NCBI RefSeq assembly: GCF_041464125.1
Contig: NZ_JBGNUG010000002.1
Span: forward strand, 142,596-182,595
Direction: 5' to 3'
DNA length: 40,000 nucleotides
Origin: Pseudoxanthomonas sp. 10H
GTDB lineage: Bacteria; Pseudomonadota; Gammaproteobacteria; Xanthomonadales; Xanthomonadaceae
This document shows, one piece after another, positions 26,237 through 35,604 of the stretch. Below the pieces are notes generated by a model that worked only from the letters and a program-made list of their open reading frames with translations, had not been told where the DNA came from and searched no databases. Every line of letters begins with the position of its first letter. Position 1 is the first letter of the stretch. Position numbers and translations under genes: made by a program.

Positions 26237-27421
26237 TCAGGGGCCGGCCGCGGCCGGTGGGCGCCGCGGCACCGCCAGGACCGCGTCCAGCGCCGGCTTG
26301 GGCCGGTACTGGCGGTCGAACAGCAGCGGATAGTTGGTGCGGTCGGGGATGGGATAGCCGTTCTTCCACGACATCGGATCGTGCACGCCCCACACGCTGA
26401 CCCGGTCGATCACCTCGCGCCTGCGGTGGAAGATGCCGAACAGCTCGGCGTAGCGCGCGGCCAGCCGCTGCTGCACCTCCGCCGGCAGGCCGGCCTGGTA
26501 GGGATCGAGGTAGCGCTTGAACTCGGGCAGCTGGAACTGCGGGTGCTCCATCACCGTGCCGATGACCTGGCCCTCGCGGGTCAGCGGCAGCACGTCCACG
26601 TCCAGCTCGGTGATCATCACCTTGACCCCGAGCGCGGCGTAGGCGTCGATCGCCGCCTCGATGTCGGCGGTGGACGGGTAGTTCAGGCCCCAGTGGCCCT
26701 GGATGCCGATGCCGTCGATGCGGATGCCGGCGGCCTGCAGCATCTTCACCATGCGCACGATGCCGTCGCGCTTCTCCGGCCGCCAGGCGTTGAAGTCGTT
26801 GTAGTACAGCTCCGCATCGGGCGCGTACCGGTGGGCGAAGGTGAACGCCAGGCGGACCAGCTCGTCGCCGTCGCCGATGCCTTCGACCCACCTGGTGGGA
26901 CGGTAGCGGCCGTCCTCGCCCATGACTTCGTTGACCACGTCCCAGGCATCCACGCGCCCGCGGTAGCGTCCGGCAACCTGTTCGATGTACTGGCGCATGC
27001 GCTCGACCAGCGCCTCGCGGCCGACCGGCGTGCCGTCGGGCCTGCGGAAGAACCAGTCCGGCGTCTGGTTGTGCCAGACCAGGGTGTGGCCGACGATGAA
27101 CATGCCGTGCTTCTCGCCGAAGTCCACGAACGCGTCGGCCGCGGCGAAATCCCAGGTGCCCGGCTGCGGGTTGACCACCTCGGCCTTCATCGCGTTCTCC
27201 AGGGTGATCGCGTTGAAGTGCAGCGGCACCAGCGCCTGCGCGCGCGCGTCGCGGCCGGAGACGATGTCGTCGTTGACCGCGGTGCCGAGCAGGAAGTCGC
27301 CGGCGAAGGCCTGCTTCAAGGTCTGCGCCGCGGGCCGGGCCTGCGATTCGCCGCGGCCGGCGGGAATGACGCCGGCCATCAGCGCCAGCAGTGCGAAGGT
27401 CATGGAGTAGGGCCTGCTCAT
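26237..27421 (-). CDS. GH10 endo-1,4-beta-xylanase, secreted
   Basis: This is only the last 394 codons of the 1954-aa track ORF. The ATG at 27421 is preceded by GAGGA. A signal peptide (MTFALLALMAGVIPA) is present. GH10 catalytic blocks are AWDVVNEV (acid/base) and VMITELDVDV (nucleophile), plus HTLVWHNQTPDW. Confidence 0.95.
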   Translation of the reverse strand: MSRPYSMTFALLALMAGVIPAGRGESQARPAAQTLKQAFAGDFLLGTAVNDDIVSGRDARAQALVPLHFNAITLENAMKAEVVNPQPGTWDFAAADAFVDFGEKHGMFIVGHTLVWHNQTPDWFFRRPDGTPVGREALVERMRQYIEQVAGRYRGRVDAWDVVNEVMGEDGRYRPTRWVEGIGDGDELVRLAFTFAHRYAPDAELYYNDFNAWRPEKRDGIVRMVKMLQAAGIRIDGIGIQGHWGLNYPSTADIEAAIDAYAALGVKVMITELDVDVLPLTREGQVIGTVMEHPQFQLPEFKRYLDPYQAGLPAEVQQRLAARYAELFGIFHRRREVIDRVSVWGVHDPMSWKNGYPIPDRTNYPLLFDRQYRPKPALDAVLAVPRRPPAAAGP

Positions 27422-27468
27422 CGCATTCCTCGTCGGTGGTGCGTCGGCATCGCCGCGCGATCGCGGGC

Positions 27469-30400
27469 TCAGTCGCAGCCGCGCGTGCGGGCCTGCGCCG
27501 CCCAGCCCAGCGCGCCGTCGATCATCGCCAGGTGCAGCGGCTCGGCATAGGTCGCGGCCTGGTGGCCGAGCGCGGAATAGAACACCCGGCCCGTGCCGAT
27601 GCAGCGGGTCCACACGACCGGGTGGTCGCCCATGCGCTGCTTCGGGTCGGGTTCGTAGGTGGTTTCGTCCAGGCGCGCCAGGATCCGGGTGCCGTGGCCG
27701 CTGGGCACGCGGTCGAAGGCGTACCACTCTTCCTCGCGCTGCCAGCGCGCCGGCAGCGGGCGCATCGCCGGGTGGCCAGGCTCGGCCACCGCGACGACAC
27801 CCTGCTGGAACTGCGGCGCATAGGTATGGCCGATGAACCGCGCGCCCAGCACGGTGTCGGCGTACCAGCGCCAGTCGTAGTGGGGGTCGCCGCCGGCGCC
27901 GTGCAGGGCGACCAGGCCGCCGCCCTGCTCGAGCCAGTGGCGGAAGGCATCGCGCTGGGTGGGCAGGAACGTGTCGCCGCTGGTGCTGTTGAGCACGACC
28001 ACGTCGAACTTCGCCAGCGCCTCCGGATTGAACAGCGCGGCGTTCTCGCTCACGTACACGTCCCAGCCGCGGGCCTCGCCCAGCCGGCGCAGGGCCTGGT
28101 TGGCGGCCTGGATCTGCGCGTCGTCGCGGAAGCCGTTGGTCTTGGAGAACACCAGCACCGCGCGATCGCGCACGAACGCGGGCAGCGGCGGTGGCACCGT
28201 GTCCATCACCGGCGTCGGCCAGTGGGGTGGGGTCTTGACGAAGGGCTGGCCGCCGACCTGGAGCGTGGCGCTGTCGCCACGCAGGTCGCCCGACTCGGCG
28301 TGCACCGTCACCATGCCCTGCTGCCCGGGCTGGCCGGCGATGATCGCCAGCACCTGGCCGCTGAACGCATCGCGCGCGGGCGAGGGGAACGGGGTCATGT
28401 CGGTGGGATCGCCGTTGTCGGTGGCCACGATCCGCGCCGGACCGTCGAGGCGGAAGCGCACGTGGTCGCTGGCGGTGGGCACCGGGTTGCCTTCGGCGTC
28501 GACGAAGCCGACCGTGGCGAAGGCCAGGTCGCGGCCGTCGCCGGCGATGTGGCCGCGGTCCAGCGACAGCTCCAGCCTCGCCGGCGCGCCGGCGGTGCGC
28601 ACCGTCTCGCTGGCCCACGGCTTGCCGTCGCGGTACGCCTGCACCCGCACCTCGCCGGGCTGGTAGACGACCTCGTCCCAGCGCAGGCGGTACTCGTACG
28701 GACCCTTCTTCTTCCGGCCTTGCGAAACGCCGTTGACGAACAGCTCGGCCTCGTCGCCGGAGGTGAACACATGCACCGGCGTGACCTGGCCTTCGCGGCC
28801 GGGCCAGGTCCAGTGCGGCAGCAGGTGCGCCATCGGCAGGTCCGGGCGCCAGCGCGACTGGTACAGCCAGTAGCGGTCCTTGGGGAAGCCGGCCAGGTCG
28901 ACGATGCCGGTATACGAGCTGCGCGCGTCGTAGTAGGGCGTCGGCTCGCCGAGGTAGTCGAAGCCGTTCCAGACGAACTCGCCGGCCACGTACGGATGGC
29001 GGTCCAGTGCGGCGAACACCTTGTCGGCGGAGGAGCCGAAATCGACCGCATGCAGTTCGTAGGCGCTGACCTGGCTGATGGAGGAATCGCCGCCGCTGCC
29101 GTCGCGGATCGGCGCGCTGGTTTTCGGCGTGACCGGGAACAGGTAGACGCCGCGGCTGCTGGCGGCCGAGGCGGTCTCGCTGCCCATGATCAGCTTGCCG
29201 GGGAACGCGGCGCGGAACGCCGGGTACTGTGGCGGCGTGCGGATGCGGTCGGTGCCGTCGAACTCCGGCTCCTGGCGGATGCCCTCGCCCTGGTAGTTCA
29301 GGCTGATGGTGTCGAACGCGGTGGCGAACGGCATGTCCGGCTTGGCCCAGTTCATCGAGGCGGCCGTGGGCCGGGTCGGATCCTCCTCGTGGGCGATCGC
29401 GGTGAGCCGGCGGCCGATCGCCGCGCCTTCCTCGCCGGTGTACTGCTCGCCGACCTCGTTGCCCACGCTCCAGGCGATGACCGAGGGATGGTTGCGGTCG
29501 CGGCGGACCATCGCGCGCAGGTCGGCCTCGTGCCAGTCGGGGAAGACCAGGTGGAAATCCAGCGGCGTCTTCTTCCGTTCCCAGGAGTCGAACACCTCGT
29601 CGATCACCAGCAGGCCCATCCGGTCGGTCAGCTCGAGCAGCTGCGGATCGGGCGGGTTGTGCGCCAGGCGGATCGCGTTGACGCCCATGCCGCGCAGGAT
29701 CTCCAGCTGGCGCTCGGCCGCGCGCAGGTTGAACGCGGCGCCGAGCGCGCCGAGGTCGTGGTGCTGGTTGACGCCCTGCAGGCGGACCGGTTCGCCGTTG
29801 ACGACCACGCCGCGGTCCGGATCGAAGCGGACGTCGCGGATGCCGAAGCGGGTTTCGTAGCGGTCCACGACCCTGCCGTCGCGGGTGACGGTGGTGATGG
29901 CGACGTGGCGGTGGGGCTGCTGGGACGGCGGCGGGCCCCACAGGCGCGGGCGGGCGATGCGTGCCGAGGCCTGCGCGCGCGCGCTTGCGCCGGCACCGAG
30001 GTCGAGGGCCTGCGGCGCGATGCGTGCGACGGGCGGGCCGTCGGGGCGGCCCGCTTCGTCCAGGGCGAAGATCTCGCTGGCGACCAGCACGCGCGCGGCG
30101 CGTGGCCCGGCGTTGTCGACATCCACGCGCAGGTCCACCGTCGCCGCGTCCGCCGACACGTCGTGGGTGGTGACGTGTGTGCCCCACTGCGCCACGTGCA
30201 CCGGGTCGGCGATGGTCAGCCACACGTCGCGGTACAGGCCGCCGCCCGGGTACCAGCGCGCCGATTCGGGCGGATTGTCCAGGCGGATGACGAGCTGGTT
30301 GTCGCCGCCGAACTCGATGTACGGGGTGAGGTCGACGCGCCAGGAGTTGTAGCCGTAGGGCCAGCCGCCGACCAGCCGGCCGTTGAGCCAGACCGTGGCA

Positions 30401-31014
30401 TAGGACATCGCGCCGCCCACATCGAGGAACACGCGCCGGCCCGCGGCGCTGGCGGGAAGGTCGAGCGCACGCCGGTACCAGCCCACGCCCCAGCTCGGCA
30501 GGCGGCCCATGCCGCCGTACGGGCCTTCGACCAGGAACGGGCCGGCGATCGCCCAGTCGTGCGGGAGGGTCACCGTCTGCCACGCGCGGTCGTCGAAGTC
30601 GCGCTGCAGGAAGGCGACGTCGCCGCCGGGCGGCGGGCCGTCGGGGCGCGCATGCCGGCGCGCCGGATCGGCGATGAAGGGATTGGCGGTCGGCAGGATC
30701 CACGGCTTGAGCACGGGGCGCGTGCGCTCGACCTTTTCGGCCGCGTCGGGTCGCGCATCGGCGACCTTGCCGTCGGCGCTCTGCACGACCTCGGGGCGCA
30801 CGTCGTAGTCCAGGCGGCCGTCCACGCCCGGCGGATCGCCGCGGTGGAAGCGCCAGCCGTCGTCGAGGCGGATGCGTTCGCGCGGGCCGTCGGCGGACGC
30901 CGCACGCGCAGGAAGCACGACGGCCGCGGCGAGCGCGAACAGCAGCAGGAGGGCGGCGGCGCCGGTGCCTGCGGGGCGGGGAATCGCGGGCGCTGCCGCC
31001 GGGGTCTTCTGCAT
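27469..31014 (-). CDS. GH2 glycoside hydrolase fused to a C-terminal ThuA-like domain, secreted (1181 aa)
   Basis: A GGAGG RBS and a signal peptide are present. GH2 blocks are WLNGRLVGGWPYGYNSWRVDLTPYI, GVNAIRLAHNPP and IAWSVGNEV. The last ~240 aa (LVFSKTNGFRDD...LVALHGAGG...MGDHPVVWTR..GTGRVFYSALGH) match the ThuA (trehalose-utilisation) domain pattern. Confidence 0.85.
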   Translation of the reverse strand: MQKTPAAAPAIPRPAGTGAAALLLLFALAAAVVLPARAASADGPRERIRLDDGWRFHRGDPPGVDGRLDYDVRPEVVQSADGKVADARPDAAEKVERTRPVLKPWILPTANPFIADPARRHARPDGPPPGGDVAFLQRDFDDRAWQTVTLPHDWAIAGPFLVEGPYGGMGRLPSWGVGWYRRALDLPASAAGRRVFLDVGGAMSYATVWLNGRLVGGWPYGYNSWRVDLTPYIEFGGDNQLVIRLDNPPESARWYPGGGLYRDVWLTIADPVHVAQWGTHVTTHDVSADAATVDLRVDVDNAGPRAARVLVASEIFALDEAGRPDGPPVARIAPQALDLGAGASARAQASARIARPRLWGPPPSQQPHRHVAITTVTRDGRVVDRYETRFGIRDVRFDPDRGVVVNGEPVRLQGVNQHHDLGALGAAFNLRAAERQLEILRGMGVNAIRLAHNPPDPQLLELTDRMGLLVIDEVFDSWERKKTPLDFHLVFPDWHEADLRAMVRRDRNHPSVIAWSVGNEVGEQYTGEEGAAIGRRLTAIAHEEDPTRPTAASMNWAKPDMPFATAFDTISLNYQGEGIRQEPEFDGTDRIRTPPQYPAFRAAFPGKLIMGSETASAASSRGVYLFPVTPKTSAPIRDGSGGDSSISQVSAYELHAVDFGSSADKVFAALDRHPYVAGEFVWNGFDYLGEPTPYYDARSSYTGIVDLAGFPKDRYWLYQSRWRPDLPMAHLLPHWTWPGREGQVTPVHVFTSGDEAELFVNGVSQGRKKKGPYEYRLRWDEVVYQPGEVRVQAYRDGKPWASETVRTAGAPARLELSLDRGHIAGDGRDLAFATVGFVDAEGNPVPTASDHVRFRLDGPARIVATDNGDPTDMTPFPSPARDAFSGQVLAIIAGQPGQQGMVTVHAESGDLRGDSATLQVGGQPFVKTPPHWPTPVMDTVPPPLPAFVRDRAVLVFSKTNGFRDDAQIQAANQALRRLGEARGWDVYVSENAALFNPEALAKFDVVVLNSTSGDTFLPTQRDAFRHWLEQGGGLVALHGAGGDPHYDWRWYADTVLGARFIGHTYAPQFQQGVVAVAEPGHPAMRPLPARWQREEEWYAFDRVPSGHGTRILARLDETTYEPDPKQRMGDHPVVWTRCIGTGRVFYSALGHQAATYAEPLHLAMIDGALGWAAQARTRGCD

Positions 31015-31032
31015 CGTGCCGTCGCCTCCGTA

Positions 31033-32457
31033 TCAGAGCCGGTAGGCGCGCTTGGGCAGGTGGTAGGCCAGGTCGATGGCCACGTCGGCGGCCTCGTCCT
31101 CGTCGATGCGGTGCTCGGCCACCAGCTTCGCCAGCACTGCGCAGTCGATGCGGCGGGCGACGTCGTGGCGCGCCGGGATCGACAGGAACGCGCGGGTGTC
31201 GTCGTTGAAGCCGACCGTGTTGTAGAAACCCGCGGTGGCCAGCGTCTGCTCGCGGAAGCGCCACATGCCTTCGGGCGCATCGTGGAACCACCAGGCCGGG
31301 CCCAGGAACAGGCTCGGATAGTGGCCGGCCATCGGCCCCAGTTCGCGCGAGTAGGTGCTCTCGTCGAGGGTGAACAGGATCAGGGTGAAGCCGGGCTCGT
31401 TGCCGAAGCGGTCCAGCAGCGGCTTGAGCGCGTGCACGTACTCGGTCGCCACCGGCAGGTCGGCGCCCATGTTGCGGCCGTGGCGCTGGAACAGCCGCGG
31501 GTTGTGGTTGCGGAAGCAGCCCGGGTGGATCTGCATCACCAGGCCGTCGTCCAGGCTCATCGCGGCCATCTCGGTCAGCACCTGGGCGCGGAACAGCTCG
31601 GCCTCGGCCGGGGTGAAGCGGCCGGAGACGACCTTGGCGAACAGCAGCCGCGCCTCGTCCGGCGACAGGTCGGCGGTGGCGCAGGTGGGGTGGCCGTGGT
31701 CGGTCGACGTGGCGCCCATCGCGGCGAAGAACGCGCGGCGCTGGCGGTGCGCGCGCAGGTAGCCCTGCCAGCTGTGCACGTCCTCGCCGGTCAGCTCGCC
31801 GAAGCGGCGCAGCGCCTCGGGGAACTGCTCGTGCTCGGGATCGACCACGTCGTCGGGCCGGTAGGCGGTGACCACCCGGCCCTGCCAGCCGCTGGCGCGG
31901 ATCGCGGCGTGGTGCTCGAGTGGGTCCAGCGGAGACTCGGTGGTGGCGATGACCTCGATGCCGAAGCGCTCGAACAGGGCGCGCGGGCGGAAGGCGTCGG
32001 TCTGCAGCGCGGCGGTGATGGTGTCGTAGTAGTCGTCGGCGGTCCCCGCATCCAGCCGCGTGCGCAGGCCGAACACGTCGTGGAAGACATGGTTGAGCCA
32101 CATCGAGGAGGGCGTGCCGCGGAACAGGTGGAAGTTCCCGGCGAACACCCGCCAGGCCGCGCGCGGGTCGACCTCGGCGCGCGACCCGTCCGCGCGCGGG
32201 ATGCCCAGCGCATCGAGCGGGATCCCCTGGCTGTAGAGCATGCGGAAGACGTAGTGGTCGGGTACCAGCAGCAGTTCGGTGGCGTTGGCGAAGGCGGCGT
32301 TGCCGGCGAACCAGGCCGGGTCGGTGTGCCCGTGCGGGCTGACGATCGGCAGCCCGGCCACCTGCGCGTACAGGCGGCGCGCGATCGCGCGCGGGGTCGG
32401 GTCGGCCGCGAACCGGCGGGGTTCGTGGAGGTGCAGCGGCTGGCCGGGGGTGGTCAT
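31033..32457 (-). CDS. uxaC: glucuronate isomerase (uronate isomerase)
   Basis: 474 aa. Blocks are IARRLYAQVAGLPIVSPHGHTDPAWF, PDHYVFRMLYSQG and FNDDTRAFLSIPARHD, typical of UxaC. Confidence 0.93.
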   Translation of the reverse strand: MTTPGQPLHLHEPRRFAADPTPRAIARRLYAQVAGLPIVSPHGHTDPAWFAGNAAFANATELLLVPDHYVFRMLYSQGIPLDALGIPRADGSRAEVDPRAAWRVFAGNFHLFRGTPSSMWLNHVFHDVFGLRTRLDAGTADDYYDTITAALQTDAFRPRALFERFGIEVIATTESPLDPLEHHAAIRASGWQGRVVTAYRPDDVVDPEHEQFPEALRRFGELTGEDVHSWQGYLRAHRQRRAFFAAMGATSTDHGHPTCATADLSPDEARLLFAKVVSGRFTPAEAELFRAQVLTEMAAMSLDDGLVMQIHPGCFRNHNPRLFQRHGRNMGADLPVATEYVHALKPLLDRFGNEPGFTLILFTLDESTYSRELGPMAGHYPSLFLGPAWWFHDAPEGMWRFREQTLATAGFYNTVGFNDDTRAFLSIPARHDVARRIDCAVLAKLVAEHRIDEDEAADVAIDLAYHLPKRAYRL

Positions 32458-32656
32458 GGCGTCGGTATCGGCGGGGGGGGCGGGGGGGGGCGGCCGCCCG
32501 CCCGCCCGGCCACCTGCGCGTACAGGCGGCGCGCGATCGCGCGCTGGGTCGGGTCGGACGCGAACAGGCGGTCTTCGTGGAGGTGCAGCGGCTGGCCGGG
32601 GGTGGTCATGGCGTCGGTATCGGCTGGGGGTGCGGGGAGGGCCTGCGGGCGGTCAG
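32353..32656. repeat. 152-bp tandem direct duplication spanning the uxaC start codon and upstream leader (copy A 32353-32504, copy B 32505-32656; high-identity core 120 bp)
   Basis: Core A (32353-32472) versus core B (32505-32624) has 5 mismatches by eye. Copy B keeps an ATG at 32609-32607 (minus strand) and 35 uxaC-like codons (MTTPGQPLHLHEDRLFASDPTQRAIARRLYAQVAG). Confidence 0.9.
32473..32490. repeat. two adjacent homopolymers, G8 (32473-32480) and G9 (32482-32490), 16 nt upstream of the uxaC ATG
   Basis: Read directly as GGC GGGGGGGG C GGGGGGGGG C. The homologous stretch in copy B is TGGGGGTG C GGGGAGGG. Confidence 0.9.
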
Positions 32657-35523
32657 CGGCGCGCGCTTTCGACCGGGCCGAGGGTGGTGGGCGGCCGCGG
32701 CCGGCGCACGACCTCGATGCGCTGGAACACCAGGCCCGGGTCGACCAGCCACAGCTTGAGCGTATTGGCGCCGGCACGCACGCGGTGGCGCGACACCGAG
32801 GCATGCGAGTTGTCGATCACCGCCGCCTCCCAGGCGCGGAAGTCGCGGTCGCCGGGGGTGGGATCCAGGCGCATGTTCACCACCTGCGGGGCTTGGTCGC
32901 CGATGGAGGCGGCGTAGCGCAGGCCGCCGCGGTGGCGGATGTCCAGGGTCGGCGCGGTCACCACCCGCACCTCGACTTCGCCGTCGTGGTCCATCACCAG
33001 CGGATACTCCAGGCGTGCGCCGTCGCCGCCGGGCGTGGCCGCCGCGCCCGTGGCCGGCCACGCGATGACGCCGGACAGGGTGCGGCCGAGGTTGGGCACC
33101 ACCTGCCACTGGCCGCCGGCCGGGGCCACGGCGCGGCCGTAGTGCTGCGCCTCGACGGCGACTCCGCCGTTGCCCTCGACGAAGCCGCGCGCGCCGCGGT
33201 GCGCCGGCGGCTTGTGCACCGGCACGGCCACCGTGACCTCGGTCCAGTCCTTGCCGCGCACGTACACCTGGCCCACGTGTTCGCCCTCGGGCAACGCGTT
33301 CCAGTCGACCTCGATCGAGAGCGGCTGCGCGTCGGCGATCTCGCCGGACGCGGGCGAGACCTTCAACCACGGCGTTTTCGAGCTGGCGGTGAAACCGATC
33401 TTCTGCCGGCCGCCGTTGAACAGGGTGACGGCGCGGGTCGGCGCGGCGACCGGATCGAGCACCGGCAGGGTGGCGCTCTGCAGCGGCGTGGGCCAGCGCC
33501 GCGCGTCGCCCTCCACCGCCACGCCGAGCACGCCCCGGTCGGGCACGTCGACCGTGGCCAGGTAGGGCAGGACGTTGCGCTCCGGCGACTGCCAATGGGT
33601 ATAGCCGATGCGCGGCTGCGCCATCATGCTGGTCCACTTGCCGCCGGCGATGTCCTGCTCGTAGACGCGCTGCAGTTCGGCGTCGCGCGCGAACAGGGCC
33701 CTGGCCTTGTCCGCCCAGGCGTTGGCCGAGGCCCGCCCCTGCGCCGCGTACAGGCGGTTGCGGCCCACGGCCACGTGCAGGTGGTTGAGGTTGGCGCTGG
33801 CCAGGACCGGGTACTCGACCAGCTGGTACCAGGCGTCGCGGTGGCTGGCGGGAACCTGCTTAGCCAGCCGCAGCGTGCGCTCGACCAGCGCGTCCCATTC
33901 GCCCAGCACGCGGTCGGCCTCGCCGTCGTGGACCAGGCTCCAGGTGTCGGGCGTGATCAGTTCCGGCTTGCGGCGCGCGTTGTACTGCGTGTAAAGGCTC
34001 AGGATCGTGCCGATCTCCTGCGCGTGTTCCGGCCCGAACTGTTCGGTGGCCCAGGCGGCCGGGTAGCGGCTGATCCACGCCAGGTCGGCGGCGTCCGGAT
34101 CCCAGGCCTGGTCGAGGAACGCGCTGATCGGCAGTTCCATCGGCTTGATGTCGCCGACGTTGACGATCCACAGACGCTCCACGCCGTGCGCCCACGCCAG
34201 CCGCATCTGTTCCCACGCGCGTTCGACCTGGGTGGAATTGACCCACTTGTAGTTGCGCGGGCCGCCGACGTAGTCGAAGTGGTAGTAGACGCCGTAACCC
34301 CCCGGGCGCGTGCTGGCCGGGTCGGGCAGGCGCCTGATGTTGCCCCAGTTGTCGTCGGCGAACAGCAGGGTGACGTCGTCGGGCACCTTCATCCCGGCGT
34401 CGTAGTAGTCCTGCACTTCCTTGTACAGCGCCCACACCTGCGGGGTCTGTTCGGCCGGCTTGCCGGTCACCTCGGTGATGATCCTGCGCTGGTCGGCGAC
34501 GATCCGCTCCAGCAGCGCGGTCGCGGTGCCCTCGGTCATCGCCTCGTCGCCGTCGCCGCGCATGCCCAGGGTGACCACCGCCTCGCGGCCCTGCAGCCGC
34601 TCCATGCCGCCGCGCCAGAACTGCTGCAGGGTCGCGGCGTTCTTCGTGTAGTCCCACGGGCCCTTGCCGTAGCGGCTCCACTCGTCGTGGGCGCGCATCA
34701 TCGGCTCGTGGTGGGTGGTGGCGATGACGATGCCGTACTCGTCGGCCATTTCCGCGTTGCGCGCGTCGTCGTCGTAGAACGCGCGCGGGATCCACATCGC
34801 CGGCCACAGGTAGTTGGCCTTGTGCCGCAGCAGCAGCTGGAACACGCGCTCGTAGAAGCGGTGGTCGGCGACGCCGCCGTAGTGCGCCTTGAGCCAGCCG
34901 CCCAGGGCCGGGTCTTCGTCGTTGATGAAGATGCCGCGGTACTTCACCTTCGGCGCGTCGACGAAGCGGCCGGGCGCCACGTACAGGTCCGTGCGCGTGG
35001 GCGGCGGCACGTCCGCCCACCAGGTCCATGGCGAGACGCCGATCCGGCGCGACAGCTCGTAGAGGCCGAAGGCGGTGCCGCGGCGGTCCGCGCCGACCAC
35101 CAGCAGGGCGCGGTCGATGCCGGGTTCGGGCCTGTCGACCACCTGCAGCAGGTAGGCCTCCCAGGTACCGGCCACGCCGGTGGTGTCGATCGCCTTGTCG
35201 CGCACGATGCGGTCGATGCGCGCGCTGTGGCCGAGGGTGCCGGCGATGATCGCCAGGCGGGGCGCGGGAGCGATCGCGGCCGCCTTGCCGGCGACGGCGG
35301 CCAGGTCGCCGCGCACGGCCTCGGCGGCGCGCTGCACGGCGGCGTGGTCGCCTTCGTCCACCAGGATCGGCAGCGGCGTGCCGCGTTCGATCACGGCCAG
35401 GCTGCCCGCGCCGCGCGCTTCGCACACGGCCGCCGGGGCGCCGCAGCCGGCGCGCGCGCCGGCATACGCCAGGCCCGGCAGGGCGAAGGCGACGAGCAGG
35501 AGGGCAAGGACGGATCGGGTCAT
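32653..35523 (-). CDS. GH115 xylan alpha-1,2-glucuronidase, secreted
   Basis: The ATG at 35523 is preceded by GAGGA. A signal peptide (MTRSVLALLLVAFALPGLAYA) is present. GH115-type blocks are KYRGIFINDEDPALGGW, NYLWPAMW, IATTHHEPMMRA and VTLGMRGDGDEAM. Length is ~956 aa. Confidence 0.85.
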   Translation of the reverse strand: MTRSVLALLLVAFALPGLAYAGARAGCGAPAAVCEARGAGSLAVIERGTPLPILVDEGDHAAVQRAAEAVRGDLAAVAGKAAAIAPAPRLAIIAGTLGHSARIDRIVRDKAIDTTGVAGTWEAYLLQVVDRPEPGIDRALLVVGADRRGTAFGLYELSRRIGVSPWTWWADVPPPTRTDLYVAPGRFVDAPKVKYRGIFINDEDPALGGWLKAHYGGVADHRFYERVFQLLLRHKANYLWPAMWIPRAFYDDDARNAEMADEYGIVIATTHHEPMMRAHDEWSRYGKGPWDYTKNAATLQQFWRGGMERLQGREAVVTLGMRGDGDEAMTEGTATALLERIVADQRRIITEVTGKPAEQTPQVWALYKEVQDYYDAGMKVPDDVTLLFADDNWGNIRRLPDPASTRPGGYGVYYHFDYVGGPRNYKWVNSTQVERAWEQMRLAWAHGVERLWIVNVGDIKPMELPISAFLDQAWDPDAADLAWISRYPAAWATEQFGPEHAQEIGTILSLYTQYNARRKPELITPDTWSLVHDGEADRVLGEWDALVERTLRLAKQVPASHRDAWYQLVEYPVLASANLNHLHVAVGRNRLYAAQGRASANAWADKARALFARDAELQRVYEQDIAGGKWTSMMAQPRIGYTHWQSPERNVLPYLATVDVPDRGVLGVAVEGDARRWPTPLQSATLPVLDPVAAPTRAVTLFNGGRQKIGFTASSKTPWLKVSPASGEIADAQPLSIEVDWNALPEGEHVGQVYVRGKDWTEVTVAVPVHKPPAHRGARGFVEGNGGVAVEAQHYGRAVAPAGGQWQVVPNLGRTLSGVIAWPATGAAATPGGDGARLEYPLVMDHDGEVEVRVVTAPTLDIRHRGGLRYAASIGDQAPQVVNMRLDPTPGDRDFRAWEAAVIDNSHASVSRHRVRAGANTLKLWLVDPGLVFQRIEVVRRPRPPTTLGPVESARR

Positions 35524-35604
35524 CGTGTGCTTCCTCGGCATTTCATGGCCACGGCGCCACGCGGCGCCGCAACCGGGGTTTCGCGTGCCCGCGGGCACGC
35601 GGCG

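Noticed and set aside
26237-32101. 1954-aa minus-strand ORF in the supplied track
   Set aside because: Only its last 394 codons (from the ATG at 27421, with RBS and signal peptide) are GH10 xylanase. The upstream 1560 codons are Arg/Pro/Gly/Ala-rich low-complexity sequence. They are read out of frame across the real GH2 and uxaC genes, which lie on the same strand in other frames. This is a stop-codon-poor artefact of ~70% GC DNA.
32454-32804. 116-aa minus-strand ORF upstream of uxaC as an independent gene
   Set aside because: Its uxaC-like segment is the duplicated copy of the uxaC 5' end. The part upstream of the copy-B ATG overlaps the 3' end of the GH115 gene out of frame. It is reported as a duplication finding rather than as a gene.
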